This document shows positions 19,468-30,325 of a DNA stretch of 32,000 bases, in pieces. A program made the translations under genes and the position numbers. The notes beneath the pieces are model-generated. The model was not told where the DNA came from, searched no databases, and saw only the letters and a list, made by a program, of their open reading frames with translations. The stretch comes from Desulfocapsa sulfexigens DSM 10523 (GTDB lineage: Bacteria > Desulfobacterota > Desulfobulbia > Desulfobulbales > Desulfocapsaceae). Numbering within the stretch: position 1 is the stretch's first letter; each line of letters begins with the position of its first letter. The DNA is taken from the NCBI RefSeq assembly GCF_000341395.1, contig NC_020304.1:930001-962000 (forward strand), read 5' to 3'.

Positions 19468-20084
19468 TGTGCCCCCTTTGTCTTCCAGCTTTTTTCCTCA
19501 CCCCTTCGCAGTCTAGCAATATTGGAACTGTGTTTTATCCAGATCAGGACGGCAATCACCGCAGCACAGAAAAAGGTGGAAAAACTTCCACCAAGCATCA
19601 GAATCAGAAACGGGATCATCCCGGCGGCCGCTAGTGACCCGGCTGAGACAAAACCAGAAACACCAACCACCGCAATAAAAATGATCAGGGCAATACAAAT
19701 GGCCCAGGGTGAAAAGAAGAGGAAAACCCCAAGGGCCGTGGCCACTCCTTTACCGCCTTTAAATCCAAGATATATGGAAAACATATGACCAAGCACCGCT
19801 GCAAGTCCACACAATCCGACAAAAAGCTCCCAGTTATCACCCATGGGCAGGAGGATAGAGGCAACAAAAACCGGAAAAAAGCCCTTGGCCACATCGCAGA
19901 GCAGAGTGAGTATACCAAGTTTTTTTCCGAGTACCCGATTGACGTTGGTAGCCCCGATATTTCCACTTCCTTCATCGCGGACATCTTTTCCTACCATGCG
20001 GCCAAAAAGAAGGCCAAAGGGAATCGCTCCTGTCAGATAACTTAAGAGAAGTGCGGCAATAAGTGTTATCAGCGTTATAGTCAT
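19464..20084 (-). CDS. plsY: Glycerol-3-phosphate acyltransferase PlsY
   Basis: YLTGAIPFGLLFGRMVGKDVRDEGSGNIGATNVNRVLGKKLGILTLLCDVAKGFFPV, GHMFSIYLGFKGGKGVATALGVFL; likely start at internal Met 20084 (track ORF begins 20141). Confidence 0.96.
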   Translation of the reverse strand: MTITLITLIAALLLSYLTGAIPFGLLFGRMVGKDVRDEGSGNIGATNVNRVLGKKLGILTLLCDVAKGFFPVFVASILLPMGDNWELFVGLCGLAAVLGHMFSIYLGFKGGKGVATALGVFLFFSPWAICIALIIFIAVVGVSGFVSAGSLAAAGMIPFLILMLGGSFSTFFCAAVIAVLIWIKHSSNIARLRRGEEKSWKTKGAQ

Positions 20085-20258
20085 GACTTTTATACTTTTA
20101 CAGAGTGTTGATTGAAGCGTTGATATTGACTGATTTGACATTAGCGCATATCTTATGGAAAAACAACGTTGATGCGGAAAGACTGTCCCTGTGGTATGTT
20201 TTCGTCATCTTCCGTTATTACTGACTTTAATCAGCGAACCATAAATTACAAATATACC

Positions 20259-20768
20259 ATGAGCCTGCTTCCCATTCTTACATTTCCCAACCCGGTTCTT
20301 CGTCAAAAAGCAAAAAAGGTTGCTGTTTTTGACGAGTCCCTGCAAACTCTCGTTTCTGACATGATTGAGACGATGTACGACGCACCCGGCGTTGGCCTGG
20401 CCGCCCCGCAGATCGGAGAGTCCGTTCAACTCATCGTTGTCAATGCTGCCAGGGATCCTGATGTTCAGGAGTCCATGGTGATGGTCAATCCCGAAATCAC
20501 CGAAAGAGAAGGCGAACAGATCGATGAGGAAGGATGTCTTTCTGTCATTGACCTCACCTCCTCTGTTAAACGAAGCAAAAAAATCACTGTCTGTTATCAG
20601 GACATTAGGGGTGGCAAACAGGAACTGACAGTGGAAGACCGCTTTGCCGTAGTCCTGCAGCACGAAATCGATCATCTCAATGGTATCCTCTTTATCGATC
20701 ATCTCAGTTCTCTGAAACGAACGCTCTATAAAAAGAAAGTTAAGAAGATGCTTGCCGCCCAAAAATAA
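20259..20768 (+). CDS. def: Peptide deformylase
   Basis: MSLLPILTFPNPVLRQKAKKV...GVGLAAPQIG, EEGCLS, VVLQHEIDHLNGILFID; start at 20259 favoured over the track start 20169. Confidence 0.97.
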   Translation: MSLLPILTFPNPVLRQKAKKVAVFDESLQTLVSDMIETMYDAPGVGLAAPQIGESVQLIVVNAARDPDVQESMVMVNPEITEREGEQIDEEGCLSVIDLTSSVKRSKKITVCYQDIRGGKQELTVEDRFAVVLQHEIDHLNGILFIDHLSSLKRTLYKKKVKKMLAAQK

Positions 20769-20780
20769 AAGAACCCATTT

Positions 20781-21740
20781 ATGCCAGAAACAGACAAAAC
20801 TTTCCGCATCATCTTTATGGGCACTCCTGATTTTTCTGTGCCTGCCCTGCAGGGGTTGATTGACGGTCCTGACCAGGTAGTAGCGGTCATCACCCAACCT
20901 GACCGCCCCAAGGGACGTGGCAAAAAGCTGACTCCACCTCCGGTAAAGGTACTTGCCCAATCCGCTGCCATCCCTGTGCTGCAGCCAACAAAGATAAAAA
21001 CCGCGGCATTTGCCGATGAATTGCGCGCTTTTAACCCGGATTTAATTATTGTCGCAGCCTATGGTCGAATCCTACCCTCCTCCATTCTTAATTTACCACC
21101 CCTTGGCTGCATCAACATCCATGGATCACTGCTGCCACGGCATCGGGGAGCTGCTCCCATCCAATGGGCGATCCTGGCAGGTGACAAGGAGGCAGGAGTT
21201 ACCATCATGGAGATGGATGAGGGAATGGACACCGGAGCCATGCTGCTTCCCGCCTCTGTCCCGGTTAGCATAAACGAAACTGCTGGAGGTCTCTTCACAA
21301 AGCTGTCAGAGCTTGGTGGTACAACCCTGTTAAAAGCTCTCGATCTTTTACGCCAGGACAAACTCCCTCCCATTGAGCAGGAGCACAGTCTTGCCACTGA
21401 AGCTCCTCCCCTGAAAAAAGAATATGGTGCCATCGACTGGAACAAATCGGCCTGGGAAATTCATTGTCTTATTCGTGGCATGGATCCCTGGCCCACAGCT
21501 TACAGTTTTCTGGACGGGACGCGCTTCCGATTCTTTGCCCCCGAACTGACCGACAGATCCTGTACCCAGACACCGGGAAGTATTATTCAGGCAGATCGTA
21601 ACGGTCTCCTCCTTGCTACGGGTGACGGAGCACTGCTCATCCATGAAATCCAGCCGGAAGGCAAGAAACGCATGAGTGTGGAGGCCTACCTCTGCGGCCA
21701 CCTCCTCGAAACCGGACAGACATTCAGGTCAGAGCAATAA
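20781..21740 (+). CDS. fmt: Methionyl-tRNA formyltransferase
   Basis: 319 aa; RIIFMGTPDFSVPALQGLI, NIHGSLLPRHRGAAPIQWAILAGDKEAGVTIMEMDEGMDTGAML. Confidence 0.98.
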   Translation: MPETDKTFRIIFMGTPDFSVPALQGLIDGPDQVVAVITQPDRPKGRGKKLTPPPVKVLAQSAAIPVLQPTKIKTAAFADELRAFNPDLIIVAAYGRILPSSILNLPPLGCINIHGSLLPRHRGAAPIQWAILAGDKEAGVTIMEMDEGMDTGAMLLPASVPVSINETAGGLFTKLSELGGTTLLKALDLLRQDKLPPIEQEHSLATEAPPLKKEYGAIDWNKSAWEIHCLIRGMDPWPTAYSFLDGTRFRFFAPELTDRSCTQTPGSIIQADRNGLLLATGDGALLIHEIQPEGKKRMSVEAYLCGHLLETGQTFRSEQ

Positions 21741-21743
21741 CTG

Positions 21744-22922
21744 ATGCACCCCTCTGTCACAACCCTCGCCTATCTGGATTGTTTTTCAGGAATCAGTGGT
21801 GACATGCTTCTTGGAGCCCTCCTCCATGCCGGACTTAAGGAAAAAGCACTCCTGGAAAAACTTGCAGGAATCAGAGGAATCGATTTTAAGCTCTCCATTG
21901 AAAACCAGCTCCGTTCCGGGATCAGCTGCAAGCAGGTAACAATCCACTCCCCCTCGGCCCAGCAATTCAGGCATCTCAAAAACATTCTTGACCTTCTTGA
22001 GAACTCAAATCTTTCAGAAATGCTGGTTCAAAAAGCGTCGGCAATATTCACTCGTCTTGCTGAAGCAGAAGCAAAAGTCCACAATGTAGCTGTTGACCAG
22101 ATCCACTTCCACGAAGTAGGTGCCGTCGATACCATTGTCGATATCGTCGGTAGTCTGATAGGACTTGAGGAACTTGGCATCGAAAAAATCGTATGCTCTC
22201 CGCTCCCTATGGGACAGGGTTCTGTTCGTTGTGCCCACGGAAACCTCCCCCTGCCGGCCCCAGCAGTCTGTGAATTGCTACTCGACACACCCGTCTATGG
22301 CGTTGACCAGGAAAAAGAACTGATTACCCCAACAGGTGCCGTTTTGGCCACGGGATTAGCCAGTTCTTTTGGTAAAATTCCGGCCATGACAGTGAAGGCC
22401 ATCGGTTACGGAGCCGGAAATCATACACTGAATGGGGACCAACCCAATCTCCTGCGACTTATAGTTGGTGAAGCAATTTTGGTGCAGGAGAGCGATGTAG
22501 TGGAGGTCATTGAGACAAACCTTGATGATTGGAACAGTGAAGGGTTCCCCTACCTCTGTGATCGACTTTTCGCACGGGGTGCACTCGATATATCACTCAG
22601 CCCCCTGATCATGAAAAAAGGCAGGCCAGGCCAACTGTTACGGGTTATTTGCGAACCTGTTCGTGGGCTTGAACTGAAACAGATCATTCTTTCAGAAACA
22701 ACGGCCATCGGTGTTCGCTTTCGGAAAGAAGAACGCATGACTCTTCCCCGGGAGAAAATTATGGTCTCAACACCATGGGGAGAGATTGTGGCAAAGAAGG
22801 TGCACACACCTGAAGGGACAGTGATTTATCCGGAATATGAGGCCTGCAGGGAGGTCGCGGAAAAAAACCAGATCCCGCTTGCCCGGGTCTATCGTAGCAT
22901 TTGCGGAACTGAAGAACGCTGA
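21744..22922 (+). CDS. larC: LarC-family protein (nickel-pincer cofactor biosynthesis, former DUF111)
   Basis: 392 aa; YLDCFSGISGDMLLGALLHAGL, IHFHEVGAVDTIVDIVGS, ELITPTGAVLATGLASSFGKIPAMTVKAIGYGAG, ETNLDDWNSEGFPYLCDRLFARGALDISLSPLIMKKGRPG. Confidence 0.93.
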   Translation: MHPSVTTLAYLDCFSGISGDMLLGALLHAGLKEKALLEKLAGIRGIDFKLSIENQLRSGISCKQVTIHSPSAQQFRHLKNILDLLENSNLSEMLVQKASAIFTRLAEAEAKVHNVAVDQIHFHEVGAVDTIVDIVGSLIGLEELGIEKIVCSPLPMGQGSVRCAHGNLPLPAPAVCELLLDTPVYGVDQEKELITPTGAVLATGLASSFGKIPAMTVKAIGYGAGNHTLNGDQPNLLRLIVGEAILVQESDVVEVIETNLDDWNSEGFPYLCDRLFARGALDISLSPLIMKKGRPGQLLRVICEPVRGLELKQIILSETTAIGVRFRKEERMTLPREKIMVSTPWGEIVAKKVHTPEGTVIYPEYEACREVAEKNQIPLARVYRSICGTEER

Positions 22923-22989
22923 CACTCCTTCAGTTGTCCATCATTATAAGTCGGGGTTCCCCCCACAAGAAAGTAAACGGATAAAACAA

Positions 22990-23451
22990 ATGGATAAAAT
23001 CATCATGTTTCTGGCCACGGGATTCTACAGTGGCAATCTCCCCAAAATTCCAGGCACCTGGGGATCTCTCGCCGCCCTTGTCCCCTGGTTCTTTGTGCGT
23101 AACCTGTCCATTCCAACCTATCTTGCTACGGTGGGTGTCATCTTTGTAATTGGCTGTATTCTCGCAGGATCAGCAGAAAAGATACTTGACCAGGCCGACG
23201 CCGGCCCCATTGTCATCGATGAATTTGTCGGCATGTTTATTACCCTTATTGCCGCCCCGAATCATCCAGTAGCTTGGATTCTCGGTTTCCTTCTCTTTCG
23301 CTTTTTTGATATACTCAAACCCTTTCCATGCTCGTGGTTTGACCAGAATATCCATGGCGGCTTCGGGATTATGATGGACGATGTTATTGCAGGAATCTAC
23401 GCCCTTATCAGTCTGCAACTCCTCTGGATGCTCGGAAGCAAAATCAGCTAA
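22990..23451 (+). CDS. pgpA: Phosphatidylglycerophosphatase A
   Basis: MDKIIMFLATGFYSGNLPKIPGTWGSLAAL, IVIDEFVGMFITL, LFRFFDILKPFPCSWFDQNIHGGFGIMMDDVIAGIYA; the internal Met at 22990 fits PgpA better than the track start 22837. Confidence 0.93.
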   Translation: MDKIIMFLATGFYSGNLPKIPGTWGSLAALVPWFFVRNLSIPTYLATVGVIFVIGCILAGSAEKILDQADAGPIVIDEFVGMFITLIAAPNHPVAWILGFLLFRFFDILKPFPCSWFDQNIHGGFGIMMDDVIAGIYALISLQLLWMLGSKIS

Positions 23452-23558
23452 CCCGCATTTCTCATCAACATTACATAAATTTTGAGTTAGCATTGTAAGG
23501 ACGATTGGTTGAACGAACTGTAGTGATGCCAAAATATTTACACAATGTTCACCAAAGG

Positions 23559-23657
23559 TCAGCCCAGGCGACGCCATCTTTTTCAGTATTTTATCAGTAA
23601 ATATAGCTCACTATGATTTACTGATAAAAACTTCAAACCTGACATCGCCTGGACTGA
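23559..23657. repeat. Imperfect ~99-nt inverted-repeat element in the pgpA/thiC convergent intergenic region
   Basis: Outer arms TCAGCCCAGGCG / CGCCTGGACTGA (11/12) and perfect 14-bp inner arms TTTTATCAGTAAAT (23589-23602) / ATTTACTGATAAAA (23616-23629). Confidence 0.75.
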
Positions 23658-23721
23658 TGAGAAATACGGGCTAACATCTCGCTCCACCCATTTTTTAGCA
23701 TTAGAAGCCCGCCATCACTCC

Positions 23722-25632
<1,911 letters not shown>

Positions 25633-25710
25633 TTATACTTCAGATTATTATTGACAAGAAAAGGGAAAGGTGTGCAGGAATGACAACAGGATGGTTCTTT
25701 TGTTTGCAGC

Positions 25711-25787
25711 AACTTTCCCTACGACTTGATTACAAGTATCAGGTTCAAGGGGTTTACTCTCAGCCGAAATTTTCGGCACCCCCAAGT
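25711..25787 (-). promoter_or_regulatory. TPP riboswitch (THI element) upstream of thiC
   Basis: Minus strand AACTTGGGGGTGCCGAAATTTCGGCTGAGAGTAAACCCCTTGAACCTGATACTTGTAATCAAGTCGTAGGGAAAGTT: conserved GGGGUGCC...CUGAGA...CCCUUGAACCUGAU...GUAAU...CGUAGGGAAA; closing stem AACTT/AAGTT. Confidence 0.96.
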
Positions 25788-25809
25788 TTTTTACTACTCT
25801 ACTACATTT

Positions 25810-26622
25810 TCAAATATTCCACCAGTCATGGAAATGATGTACTGGCCCATGACCTGATCCTATCTTTACCTCGGCGCCACCCAGCAGTGCCCCATCGATG
25901 TAAATCTTGGCTTTACGCACTGCAGCTGCAAGCTCCATCCCCCTGGCCAGACAAGCAGCAATAGCTGAGGAAATGGTACAACCTGTGCCGTGGCTGTTGC
26001 GGGTATCAATCCGAGGACTCTCAAGTTTCAGCAACTCTCCACTCGACCCGTCATAAAAATAATCCACGCTGACAGAATCCGAAAGAGCACCTCCTTTGAG
26101 GAATACCCGGCCGCACCCCAGATCAGTCAGATCCCGGCAGGCATCGGCCATTTGTGACTGCTCCGTTATATCTCTGCCAAGCAGTATGGATGCCTCTGCA
26201 AGATTGGGAGTGATAACGGTAGCCATCGGAAAAAGAAACATTTTCAGAGCCTGGACGGCATCGTCCTGGAGAAGCTTATCACCATTCCTGGTAACCATAA
26301 CAGGATCAAGCACTAACGTTTTACAATCATAACGCTGCAGAGACTCAGCCACAACCCCTATCACCTCAGGAGAATGAAGCATCCCGATCTTTACCGCATC
26401 TGCTCCAATATCAGTCATAACCGCATCCATCTGCAGAGCGATGAATTCCGGGGGAACAGCCTGAATCCCCAACACCCTCACCGTGTTCTGGGCGGTTAAT
26501 GCAGTTATCACCGTCATCCCATAACAGCCAAGGGCTGAAAAAGTTTTCAAATCTGCCTGTATTCCCGCGCCGCCACCACTGTCGGATCCGGCAATGGTCA
26601 ACGCCCTGTAGTAGTTCTTCAT
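25810..26622 (-). CDS. thiD: Hydroxymethylpyrimidine/phosphomethylpyrimidine kinase
   Basis: 270 aa; ALTIAGSDSGGGAGIQADLKTFSALGCYGMTVITALTAQNT, DPVMVTRNGDKLL, DTRNSHGTGCTISSAIAACLARG. Confidence 0.97.
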   Translation of the reverse strand: MKNYYRALTIAGSDSGGGAGIQADLKTFSALGCYGMTVITALTAQNTVRVLGIQAVPPEFIALQMDAVMTDIGADAVKIGMLHSPEVIGVVAESLQRYDCKTLVLDPVMVTRNGDKLLQDDAVQALKMFLFPMATVITPNLAEASILLGRDITEQSQMADACRDLTDLGCGRVFLKGGALSDSVSVDYFYDGSSGELLKLESPRIDTRNSHGTGCTISSAIAACLARGMELAAAVRKAKIYIDGALLGGAEVKIGSGHGPVHHFHDWWNI

Positions 26623-26634
26623 GGCTGCTCTCTT

Positions 26635-27570
26635 CTACCAGATATGAATCAGATCTTCTGTAACGACAGGCTTTTCAATCAGACCATGCTGCAGAGAGAA
26701 ATCGGCAAATTGCTGCCAGGCAGCAGCATTCGAACCACCGGGAGCAGCATAAAACGGGAGAGTCAGATGAAAGGCATCGGTTTCAACTTTCGCATCAGCC
26801 TCCGGCAGGGCTTTAAGGTAGGTTTCCAATGCCTCCTCCGGGTGCTTACGCAGATAGGCAGTTGCTGTTTCCACTGCCTGTATAAAGCTTCTGATACTCT
26901 CTTTCTTCTCAGTAAGGGTCTTTGCACCGCAGACAAAGATCAACTCCTCATAATCAGGAATCCCCCACTTCTCCAACTCAAAGTAATCTGCCTCAAGATT
27001 CTGGTGTGCCATGGTCACGGTCTCATAAGTTTTAAAAGGTCCCATCACTGCATCCACATTTCCAGCAACCAATGCAGGGACGATGGTAAATCCTACATTG
27101 ATCGCCTCATAATTTTCCACTCCATTAATGGACATAAAGGCCTTGAGCATAACATCCATAAGTCCGGGAACTGTATAACCGATCTTCTTTCCTTCAAGAT
27201 CCTTGGGGGTTTTTATTTTTTCACTTTTCAAAAAAAGGAGCGTGGTCAACGGATGCTCAATGAGTCTCCCCACCACTTTGACGTCAAGCCCCGCAGACGC
27301 GGCAATAATGGTTTGAGGCTCATAGGAGACTGCCATATCCACATTTCCTGAAGCAGCCAGCTTTAAGCCATCGGCCGTCTCGGAGGGTGAAATAATTTCC
27401 ACCTCCAGTCCCCTCTCCGCAAACAGCCCTTTCTCCTGAGCGACATAGATTGGCAAATGATCAATATTGGGAAACCAGTCCAGCATCAGCGTCAGCTTCT
27501 GGGCCGATGCTGAACCTGCGAAAAAGAAGAATGCACAAATGACGACGATTGCAGATAGTTGTTTTCTCAT
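26635..27570 (-). CDS. ABC transporter substrate-binding protein, NMT1/THI5 (ThiY-like), predicted pyrimidine precursor uptake
   Basis: 311 aa; signal peptide; KLTLMLDWFPNIDHLPIYVAQEKGLFAERGLEVEIISPSE...KIGYTVPGLMDVML; adjacent to thiD. Confidence 0.88.
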   Translation of the reverse strand: MRKQLSAIVVICAFFFFAGSASAQKLTLMLDWFPNIDHLPIYVAQEKGLFAERGLEVEIISPSETADGLKLAASGNVDMAVSYEPQTIIAASAGLDVKVVGRLIEHPLTTLLFLKSEKIKTPKDLEGKKIGYTVPGLMDVMLKAFMSINGVENYEAINVGFTIVPALVAGNVDAVMGPFKTYETVTMAHQNLEADYFELEKWGIPDYEELIFVCGAKTLTEKKESIRSFIQAVETATAYLRKHPEEALETYLKALPEADAKVETDAFHLTLPFYAAPGGSNAAAWQQFADFSLQHGLIEKPVVTEDLIHIW

Positions 27571-27581
27571 GACTCAATATC

Positions 27582-28340
27582 CTACTCTAAGATTTGTTGG
27601 TTATTTCTCCAGAAAATACTCTTTTTTTCAAGCCAGCCAACGCCGTACCAGAGCAGCAGTCCCATAAGAGACAGCCACAGAATAACAGCAAAGACCAGAT
27701 CTACTTTCAAACGGGCATTGGCCTGGATCATCAAAAAGCCAAGACCACTTTGAGCGCCCACCCACTCTCCTATTACTGCTCCAATGGTCGCCACCGTAAC
27801 CCCCACCCGAAGACCTGCAAAAAAATGGGGCAGAGCCCAGGGCCAGTAGAGAAGACGCATGGTCTGCCAGAACCCCGCCCCCATCAGGCGAAAGAGAACC
27901 CGAAATTCACGATCACATCCCTTGAACCCCTCAAGAAGACTTACAGTGATAGGGAAAAAAATTATGATTGCCGCCATTAAGATCTTCCCTGCCACTCCGT
28001 ACCCCAACCAAACAACCAGTAAGGGAGCTAAAGCAAAGACGGGTATGGCCTGAGAAGTCACAAGAAAGGGAGAAAGTGCCTTTTCCAGCCAGGGGAAGGC
28101 AAACATTCCCATGGCAAGAGGGATAGCCACCGCCAGGGCCAAAACTATACCACAGATAATTTCCAGTCCGGTGGTCATAGCATGGGGCAGAATCAGAGGA
28201 GCCCTTAACACAGCGGTGGACATAATAATCGAAGGGGGCGGCAGGATAAACACAGGAATGGTAAAAATCCAGCAGGCCACTTCCCACAGACCAAGGAGCA
28301 AGATCAGTATTGCAAGAGCGAGAAAGTTAGAACGAGCCAT
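27582..28340 (-). CDS. ABC transporter permease (ThiX-like/SsuC-type)
   Basis: ~252 aa; MARSNFLALAILILLLGLWEVACWIFTIPVFILPPPSIIMS..., EWVGAQSGLGFLMIQANARLKVDLVFAVI. Confidence 0.88.
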   Translation of the reverse strand: MARSNFLALAILILLLGLWEVACWIFTIPVFILPPPSIIMSTAVLRAPLILPHAMTTGLEIICGIVLALAVAIPLAMGMFAFPWLEKALSPFLVTSQAIPVFALAPLLVVWLGYGVAGKILMAAIIIFFPITVSLLEGFKGCDREFRVLFRLMGAGFWQTMRLLYWPWALPHFFAGLRVGVTVATIGAVIGEWVGAQSGLGFLMIQANARLKVDLVFAVILWLSLMGLLLWYGVGWLEKKSIFWRNNQQILE

Positions 28341-29073
28341 GATCAATATCTTCCCCCAGCCTCTTCATAATCATATCCTTCATGGCCAGTAGTTGCGGAG
28401 TATTAAGTCTTCCAGGTTTATCACCATGGAGCACTATTTTCTCGATTATCCTCATGGGCTTTGCACTGAGGAGATAGAGATCATCGGCTAACAAAAGGGC
28501 CTCATCCACGTCATGAGTAATCATAAGAAGGGTCCTGTCAAACTCGCTCTGAAGCAGAAGCAGAAGAGACTGAAGGCGCTTTCTCGTGATAGCATCGAGC
28601 GCCGAAAGCGGTTCGTCGAGCAAAACCAGATCCCGATTAAACATCAAGGTTCTCACTAGAGCACAGCGTTGCCGCATCCCTCCGGACACCTGATACGGCA
28701 GGTACTTTTCGTAGCCTGAAAGCCCAAGTCTGGAAAATAACTGCATGGCTCGTGACCTGGCCTGTTTCAGGTCCTCTCTTCCTGTCCTCGAAGGCAACAG
28801 GCTGTTCTCCAACAAGGAAAACCATGGTAGCAGCAAGTCTTTCTGGTGCATATAGGCTGCCAGATCTCCGAGATGAGCCACCTCACTTTCCTGCCACAGT
28901 ATTCGCCCTTCATCGGGCGCAGTAACCCCGGTGAGGACATCAAAAAGGGTACTCTTACCACAGCCAGAGGGACCTATCAGCACAGCAAACCGATTCCGGG
29001 TCACAGTAAGATCAAAACCGGAAAAGACCGGTTGCTGATCAAAAACCTTGCTTAATCCAGAGACAGAAAGCAT
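28327..29073 (-). CDS. ABC transporter ATP-binding protein (ThiZ-like/SsuB-type)
   Basis: Walker A IGPSGCGKST, signature VSGGMRQRCALVRTL, Walker B LVLLDEPLSALD; ORF track extends to 29082 with an upstream GTG. Confidence 0.9.
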   Translation of the reverse strand: MLSVSGLSKVFDQQPVFSGFDLTVTRNRFAVLIGPSGCGKSTLFDVLTGVTAPDEGRILWQESEVAHLGDLAAYMHQKDLLLPWFSLLENSLLPSRTGREDLKQARSRAMQLFSRLGLSGYEKYLPYQVSGGMRQRCALVRTLMFNRDLVLLDEPLSALDAITRKRLQSLLLLLQSEFDRTLLMITHDVDEALLLADDLYLLSAKPMRIIEKIVLHGDKPGRLNTPQLLAMKDMIMKRLGEDIDHGSF

Positions 29074-29089
29074 CTTCCACACACATCAG

Positions 29090-29899
29090 CTAAAGGAGGA
29101 GAATCAGGCAACCCGCAAGTGAACAGTAAACGGCAAAAACATAGAGGGAATGCTTGCTTAGATACGCTATCAGCCAGCGAATAGCCAGATAACCTGAAAC
29201 AAGGGCAGCAAAAAAACCGACACAGAGGGGCAGAAGAAAATCATCCATTGTCTGTAGGGCAAAAAGGTCTTTGAATGCAAGCACTCCCGCACCCAGCATA
29301 ACAGGCACCGACATCAAAAAGGAAAATCTGGCTGCAGCAGAACGATCGAGATTCCGGGTCATTCCACCAGCAATGGTTGCTCCCGAACGGGATACGCCGG
29401 GAAGCAGGGCCAGTACCTGAGAACAGCCGATCCAGAAGGCATCAAACCAGGTAATTTCACTGGTGCTGCGATTCCGCTTTCCTGCTATTTCAGCTGCAAC
29501 TAACAGAACTGCCGTGAGAAGAAGGAAAAGCCCTGTCATTTTAGGACTTGCAAAGGCAGACTCAACCAGATCCTTGGCAAGGAGGCCGACAACAACTGCG
29601 GGTATGGTTGCCAGAATCAAATACCATCCCATACGTGAATTTTCCGTTGCAAAGGGTTTTCCTTTGGACAAAGTGCTGACAAATTCCACAGCAATGTTGA
29701 TAAGATCCTTACGATAATAAATAAAAACCGCAAAAAGCGTTCCCCACTGTACCAGAACGTCAAATATAAAAGCTCTTGAATGATCAAACTCCCACCCCAG
29801 AAGGTGGGGAACAAGTACCAGGTGCCCGGAGCTGGAAACTGGGATAAATTCTGTCAATCCCTGGACGATGCCAAGGATTACAGCCTGTACTAAGGTCAT
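29090..29899 (-). CDS. uppP: Undecaprenyl-diphosphate phosphatase
   Basis: MTLVQAVILGIVQGLTEFIPVSSSGHLVLVPHLLGW, LPGVSRSGATIAGGMTRNLDRSAAARFSFLMSVPVMLGAG; internal Met at 29899. Confidence 0.97.
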   Translation of the reverse strand: MTLVQAVILGIVQGLTEFIPVSSSGHLVLVPHLLGWEFDHSRAFIFDVLVQWGTLFAVFIYYRKDLINIAVEFVSTLSKGKPFATENSRMGWYLILATIPAVVVGLLAKDLVESAFASPKMTGLFLLLTAVLLVAAEIAGKRNRSTSEITWFDAFWIGCSQVLALLPGVSRSGATIAGGMTRNLDRSAAARFSFLMSVPVMLGAGVLAFKDLFALQTMDDFLLPLCVGFFAALVSGYLAIRWLIAYLSKHSLYVFAVYCSLAGCLILLL

Positions 29900-30325
29900 T
29901 ATTGCTTCTCCTGTGAAATCGGGCACAAAAAGGCACAATGCCCTTCATTCGCATCAGGCACGGTGTTGCAGTATACATCCTGCTTCACACCGACGGGAAA
30001 TCAGCACGAATCAGGAAGCTGTATCGTAATCTATTTGGTAAATGGAAGAAACGAGTGATGAAGACTGATCTTCAAGCCTCCATCTTCGATAAAATTACCA
30101 TTAAAGGTGTATCCAACCCTGGCCTCTTTACCTGCATCCAAGTAGAAATCACCCATATTTTCTCAGTACCCCCCAGGTTAAAAACCCCGATTACTCTTTG
30201 TAACCATACCTGGTGACAGGCTCTGAAAATACGCCAAAACACCTTCACTGTCAATAGACCATAAAAGACTGTTCTGCCCTGCAGACAAACGTAAAAGACC
30301 GAACTACATATTGCTGAAAACCAAC

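Noticed and set aside
25810-29073. Calling the ABC transporter a nitrate/sulfonate/taurine transporter (SsuABC/TauABC)
   Set aside because: The family is shared, but direct linkage to thiD and thiC and the NMT1/THI5-like LDWFPNIDH motif favour a thiamine pyrimidine precursor substrate; specificity is still unproven.
29938-30254. ORFs 29938..30216 (+) and 30072..30254 (-) in the ~400-bp gap between the sigma-54 regulator and uppP
   Set aside because: No clear ribosome-binding site or recognisable domain; overlapping in opposite strands. The region more likely holds the uppP promoter. Would revisit if homologues exist.
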